64,000 nucleotides of DNA from an uncultured Phycisphaerales bacterium (GTDB lineage: Bacteria; Planctomycetota; Phycisphaerae; Sedimentisphaerales; Anaerobacaceae), in contig CAVYYI010000001.1 of assembly GCA_963772725.1 (NCBI GenBank), positions 928,001-992,000 on the forward strand, read 5' to 3'. The notes under the pieces were generated by a model that saw only the letters and a program-made list of their open reading frames with translations, had not been told where the DNA came from and searched no databases. The translations under genes were made by a program, and so were the position numbers. Shown one piece after another: positions 19,802-32,217 of the stretch (its first letter is position 1; every line of letters starts with the position of its first letter).

Positions 19802-20798
19802 CGAACACACCCCCGCCTATCGGGCATTTATCGCGGGTTGTGGTTCATTTGCACCAGCCAAGAAGCTGACCAACGAAGAACTGTCGAAAATGGTTGACAC
19901 CAACGATGAGTGGATTACCAGCCGAACAGGTATTAAGACTCGGCATATCACCACAGACGATGAATCCACCGCCCTTCTGGCCACAGAGGCCGCTAAAAAG
20001 GCTTTGGCAAAAGCGAATCTTGCACCGAAAGACCTGGAAATTATTATTGTTTCTACTATCACCCCGGAAATGGTCTTTCCCTCTACCGCGTCGTTTGTAC
20101 AGAAAAATCTCGGCGCAAATAAAGCATGGGTCTTCGATCTTGCCGCGGCGTGCAGCGGTTTTGTGTACGGATTGGCCGTCGCCCAGCAGTTTATAGAAAA
20201 CGGACGTTACAAAAACGCCCTGGTAATTGGTGCTGAAACTTTAAGCAAGATTACAGACTGGACAGACCGCTCAAGCTGTATTCTTTTCGGTGATGGTGCC
20301 GGCGCAGTAGTGCTTGAACGAACCAAAGACATGCAAAAAGGCATCCTCTACAGTACAATGTTTTCCAATGGCAGTGTCTGGGAACCTCTGAACTGTCAGG
20401 CATTTGGTTCGCGTTATCCATCCACGAAACAATTGGACGACCCCAAGAAAAGATATATGGCCATAAAGGGAAGGGAAGTTTATCAGCAGGCGGTCAGAAG
20501 AATTGTTGAGACCGTTAATGAGTGCCTCGAACATTGCGGACTTAGCACTAACGATATAGATATGTTTATTTCGCATCAGATGAACGCACGCATAATTGAG
20601 TCAGCGGCTAAAAGACTCGAACTGCCGAAAGAAAAAGTTTTTATAAATATAGCGGAATATGGTAATACATCGGCGGCCTCGCTGCCGATTGCATTCGACG
20701 AATGCTTCAGGCAGGGCCTTATCAAACCCGGCAATATTGTAGTTTTTGTTGCTTTTGGCGCAGGCTTAACATGGGGAGCGAATGTAATTCGCTTTTAA
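19785..20798 (+). CDS. fabH: 3-oxoacyl-ACP synthase III
   Basis: DTNDEWITSRTGI, AACSGF, FGDGAGA, HQMN, GNTSAAS. Confidence 0.95.
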   Translation: MSRQVSEHTPAYRAFIAGCGSFAPAKKLTNEELSKMVDTNDEWITSRTGIKTRHITTDDESTALLATEAAKKALAKANLAPKDLEIIIVSTITPEMVFPSTASFVQKNLGANKAWVFDLAAACSGFVYGLAVAQQFIENGRYKNALVIGAETLSKITDWTDRSSCILFGDGAGAVVLERTKDMQKGILYSTMFSNGSVWEPLNCQAFGSRYPSTKQLDDPKKRYMAIKGREVYQQAVRRIVETVNECLEHCGLSTNDIDMFISHQMNARIIESAAKRLELPKEKVFINIAEYGNTSAASLPIAFDECFRQGLIKPGNIVVFVAFGAGLTWGANVIRF

Positions 20799-20834
20799 CC
20801 GCATAGCTTGCGGCGTTAGAGATAGATATATATT

Positions 20835-21773
20835 ATGAAAACAGCTTTTATATTTCCAGGTCAGGGCGCACAGGTTGTTGGAATGGGCAAAGATATTGCC
20901 GAAGCATTTCCGGCAGCCGCTGAAATTTTTAAAAAGTCAAACGACATCGTCGGTTATGATTTGCAGACAATCTGCTTCGATGGTCCGTCCGAAAAATTAA
21001 ACGCTACAACTGTTTCTCAGCCTGCGATTTTCGCGACCTCAGCAGCTATCCTCGAAGTTCTCAAAGTCAATGCGAAAACCGCTTCAATTAAACCCGATGT
21101 TACCGCCGGTCTCAGCATGGGCGAATATACCGCCTTATATGCCGCCGGTGTAATAAATTTCGCGGACGCCCTTACCATCGTGCAGAAACGCGGCCAGGCA
21201 ATGCAGGCCTCAGCCGATTCCACCGATGGCGCAATGGTGAGCATTATTGGTCTCGATGAACAAAAGACAAATCAGCTCTGCGCAGAAGCCAGACAAAACG
21301 ACATTCTCGAAGCTGTTAATTTTAATTGTCCAGGACAGATTGTCATAAGCGGCAGCAACACGGCGTGCCAGCGTGCCGAAAGCCTCGCTGAAAAATATGG
21401 TGCTATGAAAGCTATCAGATTATCTGTCTCCGGTGGATTTCACACTTCATTGATGTCTGGTGCCGCGGAATCTCTGGCAAATGCTCTGGCGGCATCTGGA
21501 ATATCAGAGCCGAACGAAATTAAAATTATCGCCAATATCAACGCCGATTATTACAAAAGCGAGGAAAATATCAAGGAAGGTCTGACAAAACAACTGACCA
21601 GCCCGATTCTTTGGCAAAAATGTATGGAAAAGCTTTTAGCTCAAGGTGTCGAAAACTTCTATGAAATAGGCCCAGGTACAGTCCTGACCGGCCTTATGCG
21701 ACGCATTAACCGGAAGACCAGGGTTATTAACGTCAGCAATTTACAGACCTTGAAAAATTTACTTGAGTCCTAA
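20835..21773 (+). CDS. fabD: Malonyl-CoA-ACP transacylase
   Basis: FPGQGAQ, GLSMGEY, SGGFH. Confidence 0.95.
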   Translation: MKTAFIFPGQGAQVVGMGKDIAEAFPAAAEIFKKSNDIVGYDLQTICFDGPSEKLNATTVSQPAIFATSAAILEVLKVNAKTASIKPDVTAGLSMGEYTALYAAGVINFADALTIVQKRGQAMQASADSTDGAMVSIIGLDEQKTNQLCAEARQNDILEAVNFNCPGQIVISGSNTACQRAESLAEKYGAMKAIRLSVSGGFHTSLMSGAAESLANALAASGISEPNEIKIIANINADYYKSEENIKEGLTKQLTSPILWQKCMEKLLAQGVENFYEIGPGTVLTGLMRRINRKTRVINVSNLQTLKNLLES

Positions 21774-21792
21774 ATTTGACAGGAGAGAAAAA

Positions 21793-22530
21793 ATGACAGA
21801 AAAAAGACTTGCCGTTGTTACAGGTGCAGCAAGAGGTATCGGCAGAGCGATTGTTATGGAGCTTTTGAAGCAGGGCAGAATCGTTGCCGGACTCGATATC
21901 AGGGCTGAGCAGCTTGCCGAGCTCGAACAGGTTGTGAAGGATGCAGGATTTAGCGTTATAACAAAATGCGTCGATATTACGAACACAAAGGCCCTAACCG
22001 AGACTCTCGAAGCTCTGGCTGATGAATATGGTGGAATAGGCATTTTAGTCAATAACGCTGGTATCACTCGCGACAAATTGATGATGCAGATGACTGATGA
22101 GGATTTTGACAAGGTTATAAACGTCAACCTGCGAGCGGCTTTTATGGCTACTGCTGTTACCGTAAGAAGTATGGTCAGAAATAAATGGGGCCGCATAGTC
22201 AACATAAGCTCGATAGCTGGTGTTATGGGGCAAGCCGGTTCTGCCAACTATGCCGCCAGTAAGGCTGGCCTTATTGGAATGACCAAATCTCTTGCTCGTG
22301 AAGTGGGCAAAAAGAATGTAACCGCCAATTGTATTGCCCCCGGCTTTATTATGACCGATATGACCGCTATGCTGCCCGATGCCGTCAAGGAAGCCGCACT
22401 GCAGATAATTCCCGTACGAAAGTACGGGCAGGTCGAGGATGTGGCCAAGGCTGTCGCTTTTCTGGCAAGCGAAGACGCCGGTTATATCACCGGACAGGTG
22501 CTTTGTGTCGATGGCGGTATGGCTATGTAA
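21793..22530 (+). CDS. fabG: 3-oxoacyl-ACP reductase
   Basis: TGAARGIG, NNAGITRD, NYAASKAG; position in fab cluster. Confidence 0.95.
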   Translation: MTEKRLAVVTGAARGIGRAIVMELLKQGRIVAGLDIRAEQLAELEQVVKDAGFSVITKCVDITNTKALTETLEALADEYGGIGILVNNAGITRDKLMMQMTDEDFDKVINVNLRAAFMATAVTVRSMVRNKWGRIVNISSIAGVMGQAGSANYAASKAGLIGMTKSLAREVGKKNVTANCIAPGFIMTDMTAMLPDAVKEAALQIIPVRKYGQVEDVAKAVAFLASEDAGYITGQVLCVDGGMAM

Positions 22531-22678
22531 AAAAAAAGATAAAAAAACAGTTGAGTATAATTGTCTTAGCGGGTACTATACCTGCCTAAACAGTCGCCGA
22601 TTATAAGGATGTGTAAGCGATTATAAAAATATGTAAGTTAGAAGAAAAGTAAGTTCCTGTTTTAAAGGAGAAAAACAA

Positions 22679-22945
22679 GTGAGTGCAGACAAGATAGATA
22701 TCAAAGAGATTGAAGAAAAGGTAAAAGATATTATTAGCGAGCAAATGGGCGTTGACAAATCTGAGATTACACGCGAGACCTCTTTCATTAACGACCTCAA
22801 TGCCGACTCGCTTGACACCGTCGAACTGGTAATGGAGTTCGAGGACGAATTCGATATGAGCATACCCGATGAAGAGGCTGAGAAAATTCAGACCGTCGGC
22901 GCCGCCATAGATTACATTGCCAAAATAGCACAGGCTAAAAGTTAA
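22679..22945 (+). CDS. acpP: Acyl carrier protein
   Basis: [17 protein letters not shown]. Confidence 0.96.
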   Translation: MSADKIDIKEIEEKVKDIISEQMGVDKSEITRETSFINDLNADSLDTVELVMEFEDEFDMSIPDEEAEKIQTVGAAIDYIAKIAQAKS

Positions 22946-22963
22946 GGGTAACATAAACCAGAC

Positions 22964-24208
22964 ATGAATAGACGCCGCGTAGTTATTACGGGCCTGGGCT
23001 GTGTTACGGCTCTGGCAGAATCCGCCGAGGGTTTATTTTCCGCATTATGCGAAGGTAAAAGCGGAATATCCCCAATCGAATCTTTTGACGTAAGTCAATA
23101 TCCGGTTAAATTTGGCGGTGAGATAAAAAATTTCGATATAACTAAATATATAGACCAGCGTGAGAGCAACCGCATGGACCGCTTTACGCAGTTCGCGCTG
23201 GCAGGAGCCATACAGGCCGTTAAGGATGGCGGCCTTGACTTTTCTAAAGAAGACCTCTGGCGGGTTGGTGTTATAACCGGCACCGGTATCGGCGGCATCA
23301 AGGAAATCGAAGAACAGCACCTGCGCCTGCTCGATAAAGGCCCAAGAAAAGTCTCCCCATTCTGCGTACCAAGACTTATGGCAAACGCCGCAAGCGGAAA
23401 TATAGCGATTAATTTCGGCCTTAAAGGCCCTAATTTCGCTGTCTCCAGCGCATGTGCATCAGGCAATCACGCCATTGGTGAGGCGTTCTGTAATATTGTT
23501 TCAGGAAGAAGCGATATTGTAATCACCGGCGGCACTGAAGCAGCTCTTACACCTATTGGCCTGGCGTCTTTCTGCGCGGCAAGGTCGCTTAGTTTGAGAA
23601 ATGACGAACCGCAAAGAGCGTCAAGACCCTTCGATAAGGATAGGGATGGTTTTGTGCTTTCCGAAGGAGCTGCCATCCTGATTCTCGAAGAGTACGAACA
23701 CGCCGTAAAACGCGGTGCCAAAATTTACGCTGAGTTTCTCGGCTATGGCGCTACCGATGACGGACACCATATTACCGCCCCCCTGCCAGATGGAGCAGGA
23801 GCGGCAAAGGCGATGGCACTGGCAATGGCTGATGCGCAAATTCCAAAGGAAAAGGTCGGCTATATCAACGCACACGGCACAAGCACTGAACTTAACGATA
23901 TTGCCGAAAGTCTCGCCATAAAATCCGTGTTCGGCGATTATGCTTATAAGATTCCGGTCAGCTCAACTAAAAGCGCTATGGGGCATCTCCTCGGCGCCAG
24001 CGGTGCCGTCGAGCTTCTGATATGCGCTAAGGTGATTGAAAAATCCGTTATTCCGCCCACGATTAACCTCGATAATCAGGACGAACGCTGCGACCTTAAA
24101 ATGGACTATGTGCCAAAAACAGCTCGCCAGGCAAAAGTCATCGCAACTATGAGCAATTCCCTCGGTTTCGGCGGACACAACGCCTGCCTTGTCCTCGGCA
24201 AAATTTAA
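22964..24208 (+). CDS. fabF: 3-oxoacyl-ACP synthase II
   Basis: RRVVITGLG, SACASG, NAHGTST, GHLLGA, NSLGFGGHN. Confidence 0.96.
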   Translation: MNRRRVVITGLGCVTALAESAEGLFSALCEGKSGISPIESFDVSQYPVKFGGEIKNFDITKYIDQRESNRMDRFTQFALAGAIQAVKDGGLDFSKEDLWRVGVITGTGIGGIKEIEEQHLRLLDKGPRKVSPFCVPRLMANAASGNIAINFGLKGPNFAVSSACASGNHAIGEAFCNIVSGRSDIVITGGTEAALTPIGLASFCAARSLSLRNDEPQRASRPFDKDRDGFVLSEGAAILILEEYEHAVKRGAKIYAEFLGYGATDDGHHITAPLPDGAGAAKAMALAMADAQIPKEKVGYINAHGTSTELNDIAESLAIKSVFGDYAYKIPVSSTKSAMGHLLGASGAVELLICAKVIEKSVIPPTINLDNQDERCDLKMDYVPKTARQAKVIATMSNSLGFGGHNACLVLGKI

Positions 24209-24258
24209 ACTTGCTTACTCTTTCCCGGCTGTTTCGAATCCCCGAATAACGAACTGCT

Positions 24259-25110
24259 TTACCCCCTGTTTTTCCTGTCCATCAGGAGGATGAGTTTTTT
24301 GTAAATTTCCGCGGGAAGCTCTTTTTTCAACTGGTTGCGGACTTCGCCTAACGGCGTACGCTGAGATGTGTGCGTAATTATGATGTGTTCATTTTGCATG
24401 CTTTGCAGCAATTTGGTCAATTCGTTGATATGCATGTGCCTGCCGGCCTCTGCCCGCTCAACATGCTCATCAAGATAAAACGTACATTCCGCTATCAGAA
24501 TCTTACTCTCAGCGATATATTTCAATTGCGAAAAATCCACATATTGCGTATCGCCCAGATAGCTGACAATGGGAATTTCCAGCGGCGTATCTATTACAAC
24601 TCCCTGCTTTTTCAGCTCTACAATCTGCGGGCCGGTAAGTTTAGCGTATTCGGGCTTAATCTTTTTCCGCTTTTCGATTACGGTAAAACCCACAGACCCT
24701 CTGCAATGCTTTGTGGGGAACACTCTTGCGATAAGGTTAGGCTTGATTGCGTATTCGTCACCGGGTTTTACACCTACCAGATTTGCCGGTACTTGGCTGC
24801 CGTCGAGCCGCCCCCACGCGCGTATAATATCCTGTATCGGCTGAATTAAATTCTCCGGCGCTAACACCGTACCTGCAGGCAGCCCGCAAAAATTCCGGTG
24901 AGACAGATAATACGCAATCCCCGCCGCATGGTCCATGTGGCCATGCGTCAGCAAAACATTATTTATGGCGATGACCTGGTCCGGAGCCTTACCAATATCG
25001 AAGCAGACATCCAACTGCGGCATCGCCACAACAGTCTCTTCCCCGCCAATCGAATAGCCTATGATTTCAAGCTCATCTATTTTTATATACGCAAGATTAT
25101 GACTCGCCAT
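24259..25110 (-). CDS. MBL-fold hydrolase, short RNase Z-like
   Basis: THGHMDH, exosite-like KKIKPEY..L, YLGDT, AECT, HMH, THTSQR. Confidence 0.8.
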   Translation of the reverse strand: MASHNLAYIKIDELEIIGYSIGGEETVVAMPQLDVCFDIGKAPDQVIAINNVLLTHGHMDHAAGIAYYLSHRNFCGLPAGTVLAPENLIQPIQDIIRAWGRLDGSQVPANLVGVKPGDEYAIKPNLIARVFPTKHCRGSVGFTVIEKRKKIKPEYAKLTGPQIVELKKQGVVIDTPLEIPIVSYLGDTQYVDFSQLKYIAESKILIAECTFYLDEHVERAEAGRHMHINELTKLLQSMQNEHIIITHTSQRTPLGEVRNQLKKELPAEIYKKLILLMDRKNRG

Positions 25111-25200
25111 TAATTTTTCCTGATTTTTATAAATATTTAAAACACAATAGTAGATACGCCCGATGTTTATGTCAATTTGTTTTTGACAATGTGTACTCGC

Positions 25201-25586
25201 CTATATTCCAACCTCTCCACGAACGTCTCTTAGCCTGCGAAGGATAGCAGTAATATGGCCGCTTTTGAACATATTATCAAGATGCCCCTCACAAAATCTT
25301 TCTTTTCTTATATGTGTTGTGAACAGTTTTACTATTGTTTCCAAATCGACAGTTTTAATCATCTCAGAATTAGAATAATATTTGTCGGCCTCACTTTGCC
25401 ACTCAGGCCAGTTGGAAAAGCTAACAAAACCTTCTTCATAGAGAGTGCTTATGAAATCTTGCACCTCTTTTGATGTCACACAGGAAAACATCTTTGAAAA
25501 CTGATAATCTTTCTGCTCAAAAACAGGAAGATATTTAAGAACTCTATCTGCGCTTCCGCCGTAATTGTTTTGAAATCTTTTTCCAT
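25201..25586 (-). CDS. DUF6508-like protein; -1 frameshift near 25550
   Basis: NWPEWQ..IRKERFCEGHL...SGHITAILRRL; ATG at 25586 lies 1 nt after the MBL stop and joins via (A)DRVLKYLPVFE. Confidence 0.6.
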
Positions 25587-25587
25587 A

Positions 25588-26880
25588 CTAAATTGTCAAT
25601 GCCTCCCCATCGTTTGCAAATTTAACATTATCAAAAAACTCAGGATACTTTTGGGGCTCGAAGGTATGAATTGGAATCAGCATCTCAGGTTTCAATGCCC
25701 TCGCAAAACGCTGCAGGTCTTTTAACACAGCGTGCCCGCTTGTATGGACATGCTCAATCACTATCTTTTTTTCACGGCAGAACTTTTTAAAATCATCTGT
25801 CAGATACCCCTGCCACATCGAATAAATTATTTTTACTCCTTCGGTATTAGCGGGCTTATTAAAAATTTTCGGGAATATCGAATTATCTTTTGCGAGCATA
25901 AGTATCTTGTTCTTTTTGTCATTGATCTCATCCATTTCGATTTTTCGTCTATTGTAAAGATAAAGCAATTCTTTATAACCTGCCTTAGCCAGCTTATCGG
26001 CGTGGTATCGGAAAAATTTAATTCTAATCTTTTCCCAGTTCCACTGAGGTATGCTTTTTGATATTTTCTGCAGTCTCTGCAATATGTAAGCAGTGTAAAT
26101 ATCTATCACAAAAGTTGTTTTTGTTCTCAAACAGGCACGATATGCTGAAACCAGACGGTCAATATTCTGCGATGATGAAAATAAAAAAGTAATGTTATTT
26201 TGTTCTTCCAATATCTCCGCGATTCTGATTTCGATGTCTTTTTCCTTATTATATGGAGTTTCAGGCCTTCCCAGCATCGAGCCTTCCATTAAAAGACAAT
26301 CTATGTTCTTTGGCGGGTTTTTTATCATCATTTCAAACAAAACACTTTTCCTTCCGTGTCCCCTGAAATCGCCGGAATAAAAAACTTTTTTTCCTTCTGC
26401 TTCAATTAGAAAAGCAAAAGCATCAGGCGCTGAATGGTCAACCAGATATGGTATTATTTTGAAATCTTTTAAACTAATGGGCGTTCTATGTTTTATTATC
26501 TGAGTTCTATTAAGTTTAATATTCTTATTCACGAATATATTCATTACTTCAATTAGCTCTTTTGCCCCCTGACTAATATAAACAGGTATCTCACTATGTG
26601 TGAAATTCAGTAAATCGTAATGGTCAAGATGCGAATGCGATACAAGAATACCATCAAATTCCGGCTTTTCATTTTTATATAAGCCTTTAACATCAGGCAA
26701 TATCTTTGCTTTTTTCAATTCCTCAACCGATTTGCCCGTCAAACTATCGGAATCAAACCTCTCCTGTTTTTTATCCACCAGCGGCATCCCAAAATCAATC
26801 AGTATCCTCGATGTTCCCGACTGAATCTCAACACAACTCCCGCCAATTTCTTTAGTTCCACGATGAATGGTCAATAACAC
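25588..26880 (-). CDS. RNase J-like MBL/beta-CASP nuclease
   Basis: HRGTKEIGGSC, SHSHLDH, DHS, SGDFRGHG, MEGS, HTSGHA, PIHT; GTG start 1 nt after the upstream stop. Confidence 0.85.
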   Translation of the reverse strand: MLLTIHRGTKEIGGSCVEIQSGTSRILIDFGMPLVDKKQERFDSDSLTGKSVEELKKAKILPDVKGLYKNEKPEFDGILVSHSHLDHYDLLNFTHSEIPVYISQGAKELIEVMNIFVNKNIKLNRTQIIKHRTPISLKDFKIIPYLVDHSAPDAFAFLIEAEGKKVFYSGDFRGHGRKSVLFEMMIKNPPKNIDCLLMEGSMLGRPETPYNKEKDIEIRIAEILEEQNNITFLFSSSQNIDRLVSAYRACLRTKTTFVIDIYTAYILQRLQKISKSIPQWNWEKIRIKFFRYHADKLAKAGYKELLYLYNRRKIEMDEINDKKNKILMLAKDNSIFPKIFNKPANTEGVKIIYSMWQGYLTDDFKKFCREKKIVIEHVHTSGHAVLKDLQRFARALKPEMLIPIHTFEPQKYPEFFDNVKFANDGEALTI

Positions 26881-26881
26881 G

Positions 26882-27823
26882 TTAAAACTTCCTCTCAAAT
26901 GAATTAAAGTTTACCACATAATCAAAGTTATAATCAAAATTTATATATCCAAACTCGATATCTTCGTTTCTCAACTTCTCATTAAGAAGGTCAAACACTT
27001 CTTGAGTAATAAGCGGATGTAATTCAGGCACCAGAATAAATGCCTTAATTTTTTTTGCACGCTCAATGTTACGCCTTCTAACAAATTTTCCAAGTTGCTC
27101 ATCACGCATCACCATAGCGTAGAAAAAGAGTTCAGACAATACACCGACCTTGCAATTTCCTTCGGCTTTTAATTCAAGCACATAGAAATCATCGTCATTT
27201 TCACCCCATAAATCAATCGCACTATGTGCCCCGGGAAATATCGCATTATTCTTAGCCTCAACTTTCGGTGTATGAAACAGACCCACCGGAAGCTGCCTTT
27301 GCAGTTTCACAGGACACCATCTCTTTAACTCTGTTAGGCTATCCTGCTTAGCAATAATTTCATTTTCCAACCTGCTTTCTATATTGTTCGCTTCATCGTT
27401 CCAGCGGTCTTCGTTTTCTGTCGATGGAGAGTTAAGGAAATATGTTTCGCTTTCTTTTATTTGTAAATCGTCCTTGAAATTTGCATTCTCTTCATTGATA
27501 AAAAACCACTCGCCGAAAATACTTTTAAACCTATTCGCTCGATAAAGAAATCTTTGATAATGCCTATCATTAGACTGCGCAGGTTTATTCCACTTTAGGC
27601 AACATTTATAGCTCTTTTCTTTATCATCGAGATTAGCTTTCAGACATAAAGCCCAGCTTTCAAATGCAGCTGAATCCTCCTGCATATTCTCCGTCATGCC
27701 ATCCTTCATAGCAAGAGTGATTATCTGATTATTTTCTTGAAAGTCAATTCCGCTGCGAGGAAATCTAATGCGTGATTCCCCTGTTTTCTTCTTCACACAC
27801 TGCAATAACTCTTCTTTATTCAT
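26882..27823 (-). CDS. Hypothetical protein with PD-(D/E)XK-like nuclease motif
   Basis: AIDLWG...VLELKA...SELFFY in the C-terminal half; AT-rich. Confidence 0.55.
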   Translation of the reverse strand: MNKEELLQCVKKKTGESRIRFPRSGIDFQENNQIITLAMKDGMTENMQEDSAAFESWALCLKANLDDKEKSYKCCLKWNKPAQSNDRHYQRFLYRANRFKSIFGEWFFINEENANFKDDLQIKESETYFLNSPSTENEDRWNDEANNIESRLENEIIAKQDSLTELKRWCPVKLQRQLPVGLFHTPKVEAKNNAIFPGAHSAIDLWGENDDDFYVLELKAEGNCKVGVLSELFFYAMVMRDEQLGKFVRRRNIERAKKIKAFILVPELHPLITQEVFDLLNEKLRNEDIEFGYINFDYNFDYVVNFNSFERKF

Positions 27824-28030
27824 TTATATGCCCTTAGCAAAAATAGATGATTTCTTTACAATTATATGAAAAAGTGAAATTAAGACAAGAATCTTATTTG
27901 GAGGAAACCGAAGGCCCCTTTGACCACACATTCGACAAGCTCAGTGCGGGCAGGTGCCACAGCTAAACAATGCGGAAAGAGATGCGAAAAAGTTTTTATT
28001 TATGTTCATTCGTGGTTATAATCTAAATTT

Positions 28031-28747
28031 ATGCCGGATAAGAGAATACATAGAGGGCCGAATCCCGCGGACGCAAAATTATTTGCCCCCGAAGCGATAC
28101 CCGATTTAGGCTCAGCAATAGCGGATTTTTCGCTGTTGTTGAGCAAAGGCTACGCCGAAAAAAGCGGCTTAAAACTCGTCGGTGACCGCTTCGGCCTTAC
28201 CGACAGGCAGCGAACCGCCGTTATGCGATGTGCCTGCTCCGACCAGCAGTTAGCCTCGCGAAAAAGCCGCCAGGTAAGTATCGCCGATATAAAGGCCAGC
28301 CCCATAGCCATTGACGGCTATAACCTCCTCATTACCATCGAGGCCGCCATCAGCGGCGCCATAATCTTAAAAGGCCGCGACGGCTGTTTCAGGGATTTAG
28401 CAAGCATCCACGGCACATATCGCAGGGTAACTGAAACCATACCCGCTTTGCAATTGATAGGCGATTTTCTCGCTGCATTCAGTTTTTCAAAGGTCTTATG
28501 GCTCTTGGATAGCCCCGTATCAAATAGCGGCAGGCTCAAAACCCTCATCGCCCAGCTTGCCGAAAGAAACAACTGGAAATGGGACATTCAGCTTGCCACA
28601 AACCCCGATATGGTGCTTATCAAGTCTGATTTTATCGCCGCAAGCAGCGACAGCGTTGTTCTCGATAACTGTAAAGAGTGGGTAAACCTTGGCCGCGGCA
28701 TTATTGAGGCGAAACTGCCGGGAGCGAGGATTGCGGATTTGGGGTAA
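28031..28747 (+). CDS. DUF434-family protein with PIN/NYN-like domain
   Basis: GY....LKLVGDRFGL..RQR, IDGYNLLITIE, DGCFRDLA, DSPVSNSG. Confidence 0.75.
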   Translation: MPDKRIHRGPNPADAKLFAPEAIPDLGSAIADFSLLLSKGYAEKSGLKLVGDRFGLTDRQRTAVMRCACSDQQLASRKSRQVSIADIKASPIAIDGYNLLITIEAAISGAIILKGRDGCFRDLASIHGTYRRVTETIPALQLIGDFLAAFSFSKVLWLLDSPVSNSGRLKTLIAQLAERNNWKWDIQLATNPDMVLIKSDFIAASSDSVVLDNCKEWVNLGRGIIEAKLPGARIADLG

Positions 28748-28803
28748 AATAAACCTCGAAGCAGGTCTCGATGCTAAGCTGAAAAAAAATTTATGAACAA
28801 GAC

Positions 28804-28832
28804 TGGACAAGTGGGAAGATAACGAGTATAAT
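28804..28832 (+). promoter_or_regulatory. sigma70 promoter of rpmA
   Basis: TGGACA-N17-TATAAT about 40 nt upstream of the ATG. Confidence 0.7.
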
Positions 28833-28871
28833 GGTTTTTTTGGCAAAAATTGTAATTTAAGAGGTTAAGAT

Positions 28872-29105
28872 ATGGCACATAAAAAAGGACAAGGTTCTAC
28901 AAGGAACGGACGAGACAGTAACGCCCAATTCAGAGGTGTAAAGCTGTGCGGCGGTCAGGTCGCCAAGACTGGTTCGATACTGGTTCGCCAGTGCGGAACA
29001 AAGTTTGTGGCTGGCAAAAATGTGGCTACGGGCAGAGATTATACCCTTTATGCGACGAGCAGTGGGACGGTTGCTTTTCAGGGCAAAAAAGTTCACGTTC
29101 TTTGA
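28872..29105 (+). CDS. rpmA: 50S ribosomal protein L27
   Basis: [19 protein letters not shown]. Confidence 0.97.
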   Translation: MAHKKGQGSTRNGRDSNAQFRGVKLCGGQVAKTGSILVRQCGTKFVAGKNVATGRDYTLYATSSGTVAFQGKKVHVL

Positions 29106-29128
29106 TAGAAAACAAAATTCAGCAATAA

Positions 29129-30963
<1,835 letters not shown>

Positions 30964-30975
30964 GTTTTTTAGATT

Positions 30976-32157
30976 ATGAATATTTTTGCGGCGGTAATGA
31001 CCGGCAAAGGTACGGGGGCGATAGCGACAATACAGGTCTTTGGTGAAGGTGCGAAGGCCGTTTTACAGAAGATATTCGCTGCGGGAGGCGATAAAACTGC
31101 TGTTTTCAAAACCGGTGCGGTTCTGCTTGGGAAAATTATTGATGGCCAGGAAGTTATCGATGAGGTGGTAGTCGGCTGTGAAGGCGAGAATAATCTGGCT
31201 ATAAACTGTCACGGCAATCCGCTGATTGTCGAAATGATAATGCAACTGCTCAGTAAAAACGGAGCGGCATTGATAACCGCGGAGCAGCTTTTAGCTAAAG
31301 TCCTTTCAGTACCGGGGCAATCCGAGACAATCGCTATTGAGGCACAAATCTCACAGTCGCACGCTAAAACCATTCAAGGGACAAAACTTATTCTCGGACA
31401 GATTGAGGCGGGGTTAAATAAAAAAGCGAAAGAGTGGCTGGCGAAAATAGATACAATCAACCTTGGTGAATTAAGGGCAGAAGCTGAGCGGATACTGCAA
31501 AAGAGTCAGGCGGCGGAAACGATTATGTTCGGCTGTACAATCGCGATAGCGGGGCCGCCCAATACGGGCAAAAGCACGCTGTTAAATTATCTTTGTGGGA
31601 GAGAAAAGGCCATTGTCGCTGATAGCAAGGGTACGACACGGGATTGGGTAAGCGCAGAATGCCGAATTGGCTCGCTGGCGGCCGAGATTATCGATACGGC
31701 GGGATTGGATGAGAAGCTGGCGGCAGAAGCGAGAAACAACATTGAATGGCAGGCACAGCAGCGAAGTGTTGAGGTTTTACGGCGGGCGGGTTTAATTTTG
31801 TTTGTTCTGGACGGCAGCGAGCCAATAGAACAAGTTGATATGGGGGTGGTCAGGGAAATCGCGGGAAAGAAGGTTTTGACAGTTGTGAATAAATCCGATT
31901 TGACGGCGAAATTGGATTTGTTCAGGCTGCCTGAAATTTTATTGGATACAGTTTTGATAAGCGCAAAAACTGGTTATGGTATGGAAATCCTTATTGATAA
32001 AATACAGGAACTTTGCGGTGGGGTTATGACCCCACCCTACGAAACGCCAGTATGTTTTACCAGCCGGCAGGAAAATCTGCTTAAATGCTTATGCAAAGTA
32101 CAGACAAAAGATGATGCACGGGCCGCTGTAAGTGAATTATTAAACGGCCAGCTATAA
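30976..32157 (+). CDS. MnmE/TrmE-like GTPase, shortened
   Basis: T.KGTGAIA, CHG, GPPNTGKSTL, GTTRD, DTAG, NKSD, SAK; lacks C-terminal FCxGK. Confidence 0.75.
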   Translation: MNIFAAVMTGKGTGAIATIQVFGEGAKAVLQKIFAAGGDKTAVFKTGAVLLGKIIDGQEVIDEVVVGCEGENNLAINCHGNPLIVEMIMQLLSKNGAALITAEQLLAKVLSVPGQSETIAIEAQISQSHAKTIQGTKLILGQIEAGLNKKAKEWLAKIDTINLGELRAEAERILQKSQAAETIMFGCTIAIAGPPNTGKSTLLNYLCGREKAIVADSKGTTRDWVSAECRIGSLAAEIIDTAGLDEKLAAEARNNIEWQAQQRSVEVLRRAGLILFVLDGSEPIEQVDMGVVREIAGKKVLTVVNKSDLTAKLDLFRLPEILLDTVLISAKTGYGMEILIDKIQELCGGVMTPPYETPVCFTSRQENLLKCLCKVQTKDDARAAVSELLNGQL

Positions 32158-32217
32158 TCGTTATAAAAAAATTGGCCCACCGATGACGGGCGAATCCTAC
32201 CATAAATAACTGATTTG

